The position numbers and the translations under genes are program-made. From the NCBI GenBank assembly GCA_041389805.1, contig JAWKRD010000035.1:18389-82388 (forward strand): a DNA stretch of 64,000 bases. The letters are read 5' to 3'. Source of the DNA: Polyangiaceae bacterium (GTDB lineage: Bacteria > Myxococcota_A > Polyangia > Polyangiales > Polyangiaceae). Of the stretch, positions 26,546 to 35,264 are shown one piece after another. The notes under the pieces are model-generated. The model did not search any database. It had not been told where the DNA came from and worked only from the letters and a program-made list of their open reading frames with translations. Each line of letters begins with the position of its first letter. Position 1 is the stretch's first letter.

Positions 26546-28113
26546 GTGTTGTTGGGGTTGCCACACCAAACAACCACACCGGGGGTCCCTTTTCAGGTGA
26601 AGAAGACGCTAGCCATATGGGTTTCGCGAGGAAAGAGAAAAATCGCTGCGCGGCTCCGCGCGCTTCACGGTGGTGCTCGGCCCCGCCTCGAGCGGCCTGA
26701 GTTCGCCACAGATCGGCCGCGCTACGAAGCGAGCCAACGCGTCGAGGCGATCCCCTGCGGCGGCATCGGCGTCATGCATCAGCTCGCGCACGCTGTCGGT
26801 TTGCCCCGTGCCATCGATCGCGAGTTGAAGATCCTGTATCGCCACCGGCCCTACCGCGAGTCCGACCATGTTCTCAACATCGCGTACAACCTGCTGTGCG
26901 GCGGCCAGGTGCTGGATGACATCGAGCTGCGACGCAACGACATCGCGTTCCTCCGCGCACTCGGGGCGCGGGCCATCCCGGACCCCACGACGGCTGGCGA
27001 CTTCTGCCGCCGCTTCGCGGAGGCAGACATCCAGCAGCTCATGGACATCGTGAATCGTATCCGCGTGGCAGTGTGGAAGCGAGCGCACCTGTCGCGAAAA
27101 CACCGCTCGGATCCGCTACGCGTTGTCGTGACCACCCACAGGTGTGCAAGGAGGGGATGGACGTCTCCTACAAAGGTGTGTGGGGCTACCATCCGCTGCT
27201 CGTCTCCCTCGCCAACACGCAGGAGCCGCTGTTCATCATCAACCGACCTGGCAACCGACCCTCACACGACGGCGCAGCTGCCTACCTGGATCGCGCCATC
27301 GATCTGGTACGTCAAGCGGGCTTCAGCGACGTGCTCCTGCGAGGCGACACGGACTTCACGCAAACCGCGCACCTCGATCGCTGGCACGAAGACGGCGTCC
27401 GCTTCGTCTTTGGCTACGATGCCAGCCCGCAGTTCGTCGAACGAGCAGAAAACATAGAGCTTTGCGACTACGCGGACCTCGCGCGAAAGGCGGACCAAGC
27501 ATTTATCCGCAAGGAATCACGCGCGAAGCAGCCACGAGTGAAGCAAGCGATCGTCACAGAGCGCGGGTACCTCAACAAGCGCCTCGAGGCAGAAGACACC
27601 GCGGAGTTTCTGCACAAACCCGCGAAGGCGAAGCGTGAGTACCGCGTCGTCGTGCTGCGCAAGATGATCACCGAGGAGCGCGGGCAGCTCTCGCTCAGCA
27701 CGGACTTCAAGTACTTTTTCTACGTCACCAACGACCTGGAGATGACTCAGGCCGAAGTCGTTACCGAGTCAAATTTGCGTTGCCAGCAGGAAAACATCAT
27801 CAGCCAGCTCAAGACGGGCGTACGAGCGCTCCACGCACCGCTCAACACCCTCAACGCAAACTGGGCGTACATGGTGATCGCTTCCCTGGCTTGGTCGCTC
27901 AAGGCGTGGTTCGGGTTGCTCCAGCCCTCACGATCATCGAAGAAGGCGCAAGCCACGACACAACGGATCCTCACGATGGCGTTCCGATCCTTCGTCAATC
28001 GCTTGATCCTCATCCCCGCGCAGATCTTGGTGCACGGGCGCTCCCGAGTTTTTCGCTTGCTCGGGTGGCGTCCGGATGTCGCCGCGCTGCTGCAGGTCCA
28101 AGACAGCCTGTGA
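26546..28113 (+). mobile_element. IS1380-family DDE transposase gene, split over two frames (IS ends not resolved)
   Basis: The N-terminal part (frame of 26546) carries GGIGVMHQLAHAVGL...[32 protein letters not shown]...[14 protein letters not shown]. The C-terminal part (frame of 27073) carries [44 protein letters not shown]...LRGDTDF...[11 protein letters not shown]. The frame changes near 27140. Confidence 0.8.
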
Positions 28114-28313
28114 CCGAACTCCAAGGCTGACGCGATGGTGCCCAGCCTTGGATCCTTGGCCCGAACACCCAACCATACGGAAACACATGAACCTCCACAA
28201 CCAAGCCATCGGCAGCCCGTCCGGCTGCGGCGGCAAGCTGCGCCCACCGCACGCCGGCTTGGACCGAGCGCCGGCGAGCCCAATTTCGTGTCATGCAAGC
28301 GCTTGATTCGGGC

Positions 28314-29312
28314 CTAGTTGCGACTCGGGAGCTTCGCGACGCTCAGGGCAAACGCCTGGTCGCTTGGGGTGAACCAGTGGGTGAGTTCGAGCCCTGCGGC
28401 TCCAAACAGTTCCGCGACCGCTTCTTCCGAGAACTTACGGCTGATTTCCGTGCGCATGCGCTCGCCGAGTTTGAACTCCACATCGAGCTCCAGCGCCTCC
28501 AGGTGCACCCGTTGCGGAGCCAGACTTTCCAGGTGCATTTCGATGCGGCGGGTGTCTTCGTCGTAGAAAGCCACGTGCCTGAACCGAGCCTCATCGAAGT
28601 TCGCGCCGAGCTCACGATTCATGACTCGCAGCACGTTGAGATTGAAGGCCGCAGTGACACCTGCTGCGTCGTTGTACGCGCGGTCGAGCGTGACCTTCTG
28701 CTTGACCAGATCAGTGCCGAGCAGCAGCGCGTCACCTGGGCCCATCGTCTTCGCCACACGCTGGAGGAAGCGGATTGCCTCGTGGTGTTCGAAGTTGCCG
28801 ATGGTTCCGCCAAGGAAAGCGATTAGCCTGCGGTCTCCCCGGGGAAGCAGGTGAAGGTGGTGGTCATAATCACCGACCACTCCGTGAACTGAGAGCCAGC
28901 CATAGCTGGACAAGAGCGTCTCGGCGCTGTGACGAAGCGCAGTCTCGCTGACGTCAAACGGTACGTAGCGCGGCTGCAGGCCCTGCGCTGCGGCTGCCGA
29001 AAGCAACACGTGGGTCTTCCTTGCCATGCCGCTGCCGAGCTCTACCAGGTGAGTCGGACGCACGCTCCGCATCACACGCTCGGAGACCTGCTCCAGCAGG
29101 GCCTGCTCGGTCCGCGTTGGGTAATACTCCGGCGTTCGGCAGATCGCGTCGAACAGCTCAGAGCCCCGGGCGTCATAGAAGTGCTTTGGCGGTAGCTGTT
29201 TGGGATCTCGCGTGAGCCCCGCGAGCGCGTCTTGGCGGAGCGTATTGGACTGCCCGGGGCGAACGTGAACGTCGACCAACAGGCGTGAACCACAGGTGTC
29301 GGTGGTGAGCAT
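28314..29312 (-). CDS. egtD: L-histidine N-alpha-methyltransferase (ergothioneine biosynthesis)
   Basis: Similarity to EgtD runs the full length: LPPKHFYDARGSELFDAICRTPEYYPTRTE, LVELGSGMARKT, FLGGTIGNF, GTDLVKQKVTLDRAYNDAAGVTAAFNLNVL. Confidence 0.9.
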   Translation of the reverse strand: MLTTDTCGSRLLVDVHVRPGQSNTLRQDALAGLTRDPKQLPPKHFYDARGSELFDAICRTPEYYPTRTEQALLEQVSERVMRSVRPTHLVELGSGMARKTHVLLSAAAAQGLQPRYVPFDVSETALRHSAETLLSSYGWLSVHGVVGDYDHHLHLLPRGDRRLIAFLGGTIGNFEHHEAIRFLQRVAKTMGPGDALLLGTDLVKQKVTLDRAYNDAAGVTAAFNLNVLRVMNRELGANFDEARFRHVAFYDEDTRRIEMHLESLAPQRVHLEALELDVEFKLGERMRTEISRKFSEEAVAELFGAAGLELTHWFTPSDQAFALSVAKLPSRN

Positions 29313-29742
29313 GGATACCTCGGTGCGGCGGGGCGGGTGAGCGGTAGTCGGAGTAGGTTGGCTCGCTTGGAGACGTTCACGTCGTCAGCACATGGGGCGC
29401 GACAGTCGCGCCCGCGGAAGCAGACGTCCCCGCCAGAGGCACCTCAAAAGGCGGCTCAAACGCAGCAACGCTCCCTCAGCGGGCATCCTGCACGGGATAG
29501 GGGCATACGTCCACCGTGGGCAGTGGTTTCTCACACAGCTGTTGCCACCGCCGTGTCAGGAGTCGAGCGTGCGAGTTTTGCAGCGAACTACGGAGACAGG
29601 ACACTGGATCGGCACCCAAGCGCGGCGTTGTGTTGTACCAACGGGTCGTCGAGGGTTGACGAAGGTCTGACGGAGCTTGATGTACCAGCGCTTTTGCTGG
29701 GACATTCCACGCGCGTTAGATGGATCGGGAGTGCACGGGTCC

Positions 29743-30621
29743 ATGCAAGTCCATTTGATAGACGGCACGTACGAGTTGTTCCGCGCGTTTTATGGCGCGC
29801 CTTCCTCGAGCGTCGGGGGACGTGAAGTTGGCGCGACCCGCGCCCTGCTCAGCAACTTCGCCAATTTCGTCAGTAGCACTGACGTGACCCACGTCGCTGT
29901 GGCCTTCGACCACGAAATCGAGAGCTTTCGAAACGCGTTGTTCGACGGCTACAAAACGGGGGAGGGCATCGATCCCGATCTCTTCGCACAGTTTCCCCTC
30001 GCCGAGGAGGCGACCCGCGCGCTGGGCGTCGTCGTGTGGCCCATGGTGGAGTTCGAGGCGGACGACGCGCTTGCTGCCGGTGCTGCTCGCTATGCGCAGT
30101 CTCCGGACGTCGAGCGGGTCGTGCTGTGTTCGCCCGACAAGGACCTCGCCCAGTGCGTGGGCGACGGCGTCGTGTGCTGGGATCGCCTCAGGGACAAGTG
30201 GTTGGACGTGGAGGGGGTGAGGGAGAAGTTCGGAGTCGCTCCGGAGTCGATCCCTGACTACCTGGCGTTGGTCGGGGATGCGGCCGATGGCATCCCTGGC
30301 ATCCCCAAGTGGGGCGCGAAGTCGGCCGGGGCTGTGCTCTCGGAGTATGTGCACCTGGAGCGCATCCCCGCACGCGTCGAGGACTGGAGCGTGAAACCCA
30401 GAGGTGCGGCGCGGCTGAGTGCAGAACTGGAGTCGGCGCGCGAGCAGGCGTTGCTGTATCGCCGTCTCGCGACGTTGCGGCGCGACGTACCACTCGAGGA
30501 GGGCCTGAATGAGTTGCGCTGGAGCGGCCCGAACTTCGAAGCGCTGGCCGCGCTGAGTGAGATCATCGGTTCTGATAATGTGTTGAAGAAGCTCCGCGCG
30601 GTAGTCGACGACCTGAGCTAG
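29743..30621 (+). CDS. 5'-3' exonuclease / flap endonuclease (PIN-like plus H3TH domains)
   Basis: MQVHLIDGTYELFRAFY..., EADDALAAGA, SPDKDLAQCV, LVGDAADGIPGIPKWGAKSA. Confidence 0.85.
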   Translation: MQVHLIDGTYELFRAFYGAPSSSVGGREVGATRALLSNFANFVSSTDVTHVAVAFDHEIESFRNALFDGYKTGEGIDPDLFAQFPLAEEATRALGVVVWPMVEFEADDALAAGAARYAQSPDVERVVLCSPDKDLAQCVGDGVVCWDRLRDKWLDVEGVREKFGVAPESIPDYLALVGDAADGIPGIPKWGAKSAGAVLSEYVHLERIPARVEDWSVKPRGAARLSAELESAREQALLYRRLATLRRDVPLEEGLNELRWSGPNFEALAALSEIIGSDNVLKKLRAVVDDLS

Positions 30622-30674
30622 GCCAGCTCGATGTCGGGCCCTGCGCTACCGGCAGTCTGTGCTATTGGCAGCGC

Positions 30675-31448
30675 GTGCTCACGCTGCTCTACCTCCACTA
30701 CTCTCCCTGGTCCGAGAAAGCCGCCTGGGCTCTTGACCATCATCGTGTCGTGCACGCGCGCCGGGAATACCTGCCCTTGATCGGCGAACCCTTACTGCGT
30801 GTCCAGCTGAAGAAATGGCGCGGTCCCGTCACTGTTCCGGTGCTCTTCGGTGGCCATGACTTGTGGGAGGACTCCATGTCGATCGCTCGCTACGCGGAGT
30901 CGGTTGGTCGTGGGTCGAGTCTATTTCCTGGAGGAATCATTACTCCAGACCCGCGACTGGTCGAGTTCGATCGGCTCGCGGACGAGCTCATGAACTCCGG
31001 CCGAGCTCGCGCTGCCGAGCGCGCCGCCGAGCGAGAGGATGTCTTGGTGGAGAGCCTCCCACCTGCTTTTCGCGTGGGCGGTGCGCTGGCGCCCCGCGTA
31101 GGCAGGCTCGGCGTAGAGTTTCTGCGCAGAAAGTACGTCACGCGGGAGCGTACGAGCGCTCAGCACCTGGCACGCATGCGTGGTGCGCTGGACCAGCTGC
31201 GGGCGGCCCTCGCTCCAGCGCCTGGACACATGGGTGCGCCCGTGGCGAACCCCGATGCCTACGTTCTCGGGCGCTTTTCCTACGTCGACATTGCTTTCTG
31301 TGCCGCGCTGCAGTTCGTGCAGCCCGTGGCTGATAGCTACATCCGGCTGGGGCGCGCGAGCCGTGAAGCCTGGTCGGATCCAGAGCTGGCAGACTACGCC
31401 GACCTGCTGGCTTGGCGTGATCGGGTCTACGCAGCACACCGGCGTTGA
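30675..31448 (+). CDS. Glutathione S-transferase-like protein
   Basis: GTG start. The N-terminal thioredoxin-like fold pattern is present (LYLHYSPWSEKAAWAL...VPVLFGGHDLWEDSMSIARY). Confidence 0.55.
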   Translation: MLTLLYLHYSPWSEKAAWALDHHRVVHARREYLPLIGEPLLRVQLKKWRGPVTVPVLFGGHDLWEDSMSIARYAESVGRGSSLFPGGIITPDPRLVEFDRLADELMNSGRARAAERAAEREDVLVESLPPAFRVGGALAPRVGRLGVEFLRRKYVTRERTSAQHLARMRGALDQLRAALAPAPGHMGAPVANPDAYVLGRFSYVDIAFCAALQFVQPVADSYIRLGRASREAWSDPELADYADLLAWRDRVYAAHRR

Positions 31449-31484
31449 CCTGGAAAGCTCAAGGTTCCCATAGCGGCGCGCGCG

Positions 31485-31551
31485 GCGAGAATCTGCAGCG
31501 CCGCGAGAATCTGCAGCGCCGCAAGAATCTGCAGCACGGCGAGAATCGACG
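31485..31551. repeat. Intergenic 18-bp tandem repeat, about 3.7 copies (GCGAGAATCTGCAGCGCC)
   Basis: Copies at 31485-31502 and 31503-31520 are identical. The copy at 31521-31538 has 3 mismatches, and a partial copy starts at 31539. Each full copy contains a CTGCAG site. Confidence 0.9.
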
Positions 31552-31635
31552 TCCCGCGCTGCTTCCGTATGCGTCCGAGATCCGTCATGGTTTTTGGCTG
31601 GCGGTTCGAGACTCGGGCCCATACGCTTTGTCGTC

Positions 31636-32496
31636 ATGCAGTCTTTCTTGAAGTTCGTAGTCGTCGGGAGTGCGCTCACGCTGAGCGGGCCAGCGTTCGC
31701 CCAGTGGCAGCAACCGAGTAACGGACAGCAACCCGGCTACGGGCAGCCTGGTTACGGGCAACCGGGTTACGGGCAACCGGGCTACGGGCAGCCAGCGCCG
31801 GGACAGCAGGGCCTGAGTTCAGGCGGGCTGCAGCCACCGAGCGGCCAGTCAGACAGCGCGGCCCAGGCCACCGAAGCCGACCTCGAGAAGTCAGAGAAGG
31901 AAGACTCGGGCCGCGGTCTGGAGTTCATCTATCTGAACGTCGAGGGGGGGTATGCCCACATCGGCCTGCAGACCTTCAAGGCGAACAACATCGTCGACGC
32001 TGGGACGCAAAAAACCACTGACAGCGGGTATGTCATCGGTGCGGGGCTCGGCCTCCGCCTCGTCTTCATCACCATCGGACCGCGCTTTCGACTGAACAAG
32101 TTCAGCGAGTACGACATGTGGTCGCTGAACGCCGAGCTGGGTATCCATATTCCACTCGGAAATTTTGAGCCATACTTCACGTTCGGAGGCGGCTACGCTT
32201 CAATTGGCGGCTTTAGCTCCGACAACATCGGGGCCCAGATCAACTCAAGTGACGTCCAGATCACCGGCTACGACGTGCGCGCTGGCGCCGGCTTTGACCT
32301 GTACCTGAGCCCATCGTTTTCGATCGGTGCGAACCTCACCGGCGAGTTGCTGGGGCTGACGCGACCGGGCGCGAGCTTGAATACCTCGGCTTCTGCCGGG
32401 ACCACGCAGGAGGCTCAGGCCAAGGTTTTAGAGGCTGACGGTTCTAGCGTGGGCACTTCCGTCGCCCTGACTGGCGTGCTTGGCTTGCACTTTTAG
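31636..32496 (+). CDS. Outer-membrane beta-barrel protein with an N-terminal (GYGQP)n repeat
   Basis: Signal peptide ending AFA-QW. The C-terminal part has alternating hydrophobic beta-strand patterns and ends in ...GVLGLHF. Confidence 0.65.
   Translation: MQSFLKFVVVGSALTLSGPAFAQWQQPSNGQQPGYGQPGYGQPGYGQPGYGQPAPGQQGLSSGGLQPPSGQSDSAAQATEADLEKSEKEDSGRGLEFIYLNVEGGYAHIGLQTFKANNIVDAGTQKTTDSGYVIGAGLGLRLVFITIGPRFRLNKFSEYDMWSLNAELGIHIPLGNFEPYFTFGGGYASIGGFSSDNIGAQINSSDVQITGYDVRAGAGFDLYLSPSFSIGANLTGELLGLTRPGASLNTSASAGTTQEAQAKVLEADGSSVGTSVALTGVLGLHF
31735..31794 (+). repeat. 15-bp coding tandem repeat, 4 copies (GGYTACGGGCARCCN, encoding GYGQP)
   Basis: Read directly from the sequence. Confidence 0.9.
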
Positions 32497-32520
32497 CCAA
32501 CCCCAGGCAGAGCCGACTGC

Positions 32521-33666
32521 GTGAACATCGGCGTCGCCCTTCTGCTCGCGCTCCCGGCGCCGCTGATCGGCGGTCTGGTGTGGCTGCGAGTGGGGCGGCT
32601 GCGGCCAGTCTCCTCGCGCATCGTGCTTGCGGTGCTCGGCGCGAGCGTCGGTCTGGGCGCGGGGGCGCTGTACCTCGAACATTTGTTGCTGCGCTTCACC
32701 GACCTCAGTCTACGAGTCGAGAGCGGAAACGCGGGCACCGCCGCGCTGGCGATGTTTCTGCTCGCAGCTCCGCTGGAGGAAGCGGCCAAGGTCGGCTGCG
32801 TTTGGCCTCTGTACGCCACGGGCCGGTTGCTGAGCCCGCGAGTTGGTCTGCTTTACGGAGTGACGGCTGGCGTCGGTTTGAGCGTGGTGGAACTCATTTG
32901 GGCGAGCCGTGGCGTCGACCTGAGCGGGCTGACGGGAGCTCAACTGCTGCTCGGGATCCCGCTACAACTGTTCGCGTCTGGGTTGTGGGGCTACTGGCTC
33001 GGCAGAGGCGACAGACCGCGTGGAAAGTGGTTCCGAGTCGCCTGGCTTGTCGCCGTCGCGATCCACGGGCTCTATGCTCTCCTGATCAGCTCGGGTTCGC
33101 CCAAGCTCGTGGCTTCTGCGCTTCCGCTGGCGTTGAGCATGGGCGCCACTGGTTGGTTGGCGTTGCGTGACATGACGCCGCTGGAGGGGAGCATCGGTCA
33201 TGAGCGACGCGGCATTCTACGCTCGCTCCCGGAGCCTCCATCACTTCGGGCGATGCGTCGGTCCCTGCGTCGATCGGACCGTCCCATCATGCTGCACTGG
33301 ATCCTCATCGGCGGGCTCGTGACGCTGGGCGTGATGCTCGTGAGCGTGGGCATTGCCGTGTGGCTGGGACACGAGCTCGCGATCGACTTCAGTCATGCGG
33401 AGAGCAGTGGTCCAGAGGCGGGAGCGCCGCTGTTGCTCTTGGGTAGCGCCGTGTTGGTTTCCTTCCCCGTTGCGGCGTTTCTGGTGGCGCGGGCGAGCGA
33501 AGCGAGCAGCGTGCTCGAGCCCGCTCTGGGTGCGTGCATCGCCATCGTGCTGTTGGCGCTCACCCTGGCTGTCAGCACTTCGTCGGGAGTTCTGATGTCT
33601 CTGGGGTTGGCCCCGGTGGCGTTTCTACTTGCCTGTGTCGGCGCCTGGTTTGGCACGACCGGCTAG
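32521..33666 (+). CDS. PrsW-family intramembrane protease-like protein
   Basis: Polytopic protein with LLAAPLEEAAKV (E-E-x-x-K) and AVAIHGLYALL (H-x-x-x motif), as seen in PrsW-type proteases. Confidence 0.5.
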   Translation: MNIGVALLLALPAPLIGGLVWLRVGRLRPVSSRIVLAVLGASVGLGAGALYLEHLLLRFTDLSLRVESGNAGTAALAMFLLAAPLEEAAKVGCVWPLYATGRLLSPRVGLLYGVTAGVGLSVVELIWASRGVDLSGLTGAQLLLGIPLQLFASGLWGYWLGRGDRPRGKWFRVAWLVAVAIHGLYALLISSGSPKLVASALPLALSMGATGWLALRDMTPLEGSIGHERRGILRSLPEPPSLRAMRRSLRRSDRPIMLHWILIGGLVTLGVMLVSVGIAVWLGHELAIDFSHAESSGPEAGAPLLLLGSAVLVSFPVAAFLVARASEASSVLEPALGACIAIVLLALTLAVSTSSGVLMSLGLAPVAFLLACVGAWFGTTG

Positions 33667-33681
33667 TGAGCGGACGGCCGT

Positions 33682-34362
33682 TCACTCGTTCCCGTCGAGG
33701 CGGCGCCAGCGCGCTGCCGCGCCGGAGGCTTCAGTGGAGATCTCTCTAGATTCCGTATGGAAAATGCGCTCGTCGCTCACCACCCAGTCCACTCGGACGT
33801 CGTGGGGTTGGCTGGGCACCTCGGGCACGAGCTGAAACTCGAAACCAACACCGACCGCCACACCCGGCGGACAGAAGTCTGGCAGCGTGGCGTCGTAGAA
33901 GCCCCTGCCATAGCCGAGGCGATGACCGTCGTTGGCCAAAAGCAGCGCCGGGACCGCGATCCAGTCGATCTCGCCCCTGCTAGCCGCCGGCACAGCGTCC
34001 GCGGGCTGACGAAAGCCCCAGGCTGAATCGACCAGCTCTGTCGGGTCGTCGACGCGAGCAAAGCCGGTGGTTTGTCCTCGCAGGAACGGATAGTAAACCC
34101 GCTTACCGGCCTGCCGAGCCTGCTCGTCCAGTGCGCGCAGGTCGACCTCGCGCTTGCCTTCCAGGGGCCAGAAGAGCCCGACTCCCGACGCCTCCGCGTA
34201 GCTTGGTAGACTGACCAGCCGCTCGATGATCCGTGCGGATCTTGCTCGAGCTGCCCCTTCGGGTAGCGCAGCGCGGTTCTTGCGAACGCGGTCGCGCAAA
34301 TGCTTGCGAATGCGCGTCGCGAGCAGGCGCTCCTGGGCTTCGGGCAACTCTGGACGGCTCAC
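33682..34362 (-). CDS. 5-formyltetrahydrofolate cyclo-ligase
   Basis: GTG at 34362. The C-terminal signature is present (IDWIAVPALLLANDGHRLGYGRGFYD). Confidence 0.8.
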   Translation of the reverse strand: MSRPELPEAQERLLATRIRKHLRDRVRKNRAALPEGAARARSARIIERLVSLPSYAEASGVGLFWPLEGKREVDLRALDEQARQAGKRVYYPFLRGQTTGFARVDDPTELVDSAWGFRQPADAVPAASRGEIDWIAVPALLLANDGHRLGYGRGFYDATLPDFCPPGVAVGVGFEFQLVPEVPSQPHDVRVDWVVSDERIFHTESREISTEASGAAARWRRLDGNE

Positions 34363-34533
34363 GACCCTGCTATAGTCTGCAGCGTGGCAGGTCGCCACTT
34401 CGCTGCGCTGTGGCGCGCAAAAGCGTCCTCGAGCTCGCGGGTCGGCGCCAACGTCGGTGGCGCGGGCGCGCTGACGCAGGGAAGTGTTGTTTGTGCGCAC
34501 CCCAGCGGGCACGATTGGCGTATACAAAGCCGG

Positions 34534-35256
34534 ATGTCTCGAGCGAGCTACGCCTTCGTGATCCCCGCTTTCGAAGCGGAAGATCGCGTCGCCGAAGTGG
34601 TCCGCGAGCTCTCACTGCTGGAGAGCGGGGTACCCATCATCGTCGTGGACGACGGTTCGACGGACGCTACCGCCGCCCGCGCTAGGGCAGCCGGCGCGCG
34701 GGTCGTGCGCCACCCCGTCAATCGCGGAAAAGGCGCGGCGCTGATGACCGGCTTCGAAGTTGCCCACCGACGCGGCGCAAACATGGCCGTGACAGTCGAT
34801 GCTGATGGACAGCATCTAGCCCATGAGGCGCTTCGCTTGGCGGAGTATCCAGCGCCAGCGGAGAGTCTGGTGCTCGGTGTTCGCAACCTCGAGAGAGATC
34901 AAGCGCCAGCCAACTCTCAGGTCTCGAACGCCATCTCGAACGTCTTCCTGTCTGCGTTCACGGGGCATCGCCTTGCGGATACGCAGTGCGGCCTACGGCG
35001 CTACCCGCTGCCGCGCACCTTGGATCTCGGCACGCGGGATCGAGGATACGCCTTCGAGGCGGAAATCTTGCTCAGGGCGTCCCGCGCTGCCATCCCGATC
35101 ATTCAGGTCCCGATCGAGGTGTATTACCCCCCACCGGGACTCCGGCAGACACATTTTCATGTGGTAAAAGATCCGTCGCGGATCGTGCGGCGCGTGTTGA
35201 AGACGCTGGTCTACACCCGGCTCAGTCCTCCCAGGCTGCGCGACGGTACCAAGTAG
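34534..35256 (+). CDS. Family 2 glycosyltransferase
   Basis: YAFVIPAFEAEDRV...IIVVDDGSTDAT...NRGKGAAL...VTVDADGQH. Confidence 0.8.
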   Translation: MSRASYAFVIPAFEAEDRVAEVVRELSLLESGVPIIVVDDGSTDATAARARAAGARVVRHPVNRGKGAALMTGFEVAHRRGANMAVTVDADGQHLAHEALRLAEYPAPAESLVLGVRNLERDQAPANSQVSNAISNVFLSAFTGHRLADTQCGLRRYPLPRTLDLGTRDRGYAFEAEILLRASRAAIPIIQVPIEVYYPPPGLRQTHFHVVKDPSRIVRRVLKTLVYTRLSPPRLRDGTK

Positions 35257-35264
35257 CTTAGGCC

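Noticed and set aside
26542-26583. The imperfect palindrome CCCGGTGTTGTTGGGGTTG / CCACACCAAACAACCACACCGGG just before the transposase gene, considered as an IS end or terminator.
   Set aside because: The stem is interrupted by several mismatches, and I found no matching partner at the other side of the transposase gene. Its function is undetermined.
26497-28317. Candidate terminal inverted repeats of the IS element (CTAGCGCTCGAATC / GATTCGGGCCTAG).
   Set aside because: Only 10 matching positions, and an indel is required. A match of this quality is plausible by chance given how many positions I compared, so it is kept only as a note in the findings.
31485-31551. Possible CRISPR array.
   Set aside because: The repeats are contiguous with no spacers, only 18 bp long and about 3.7 copies. 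No cas genes are nearby.
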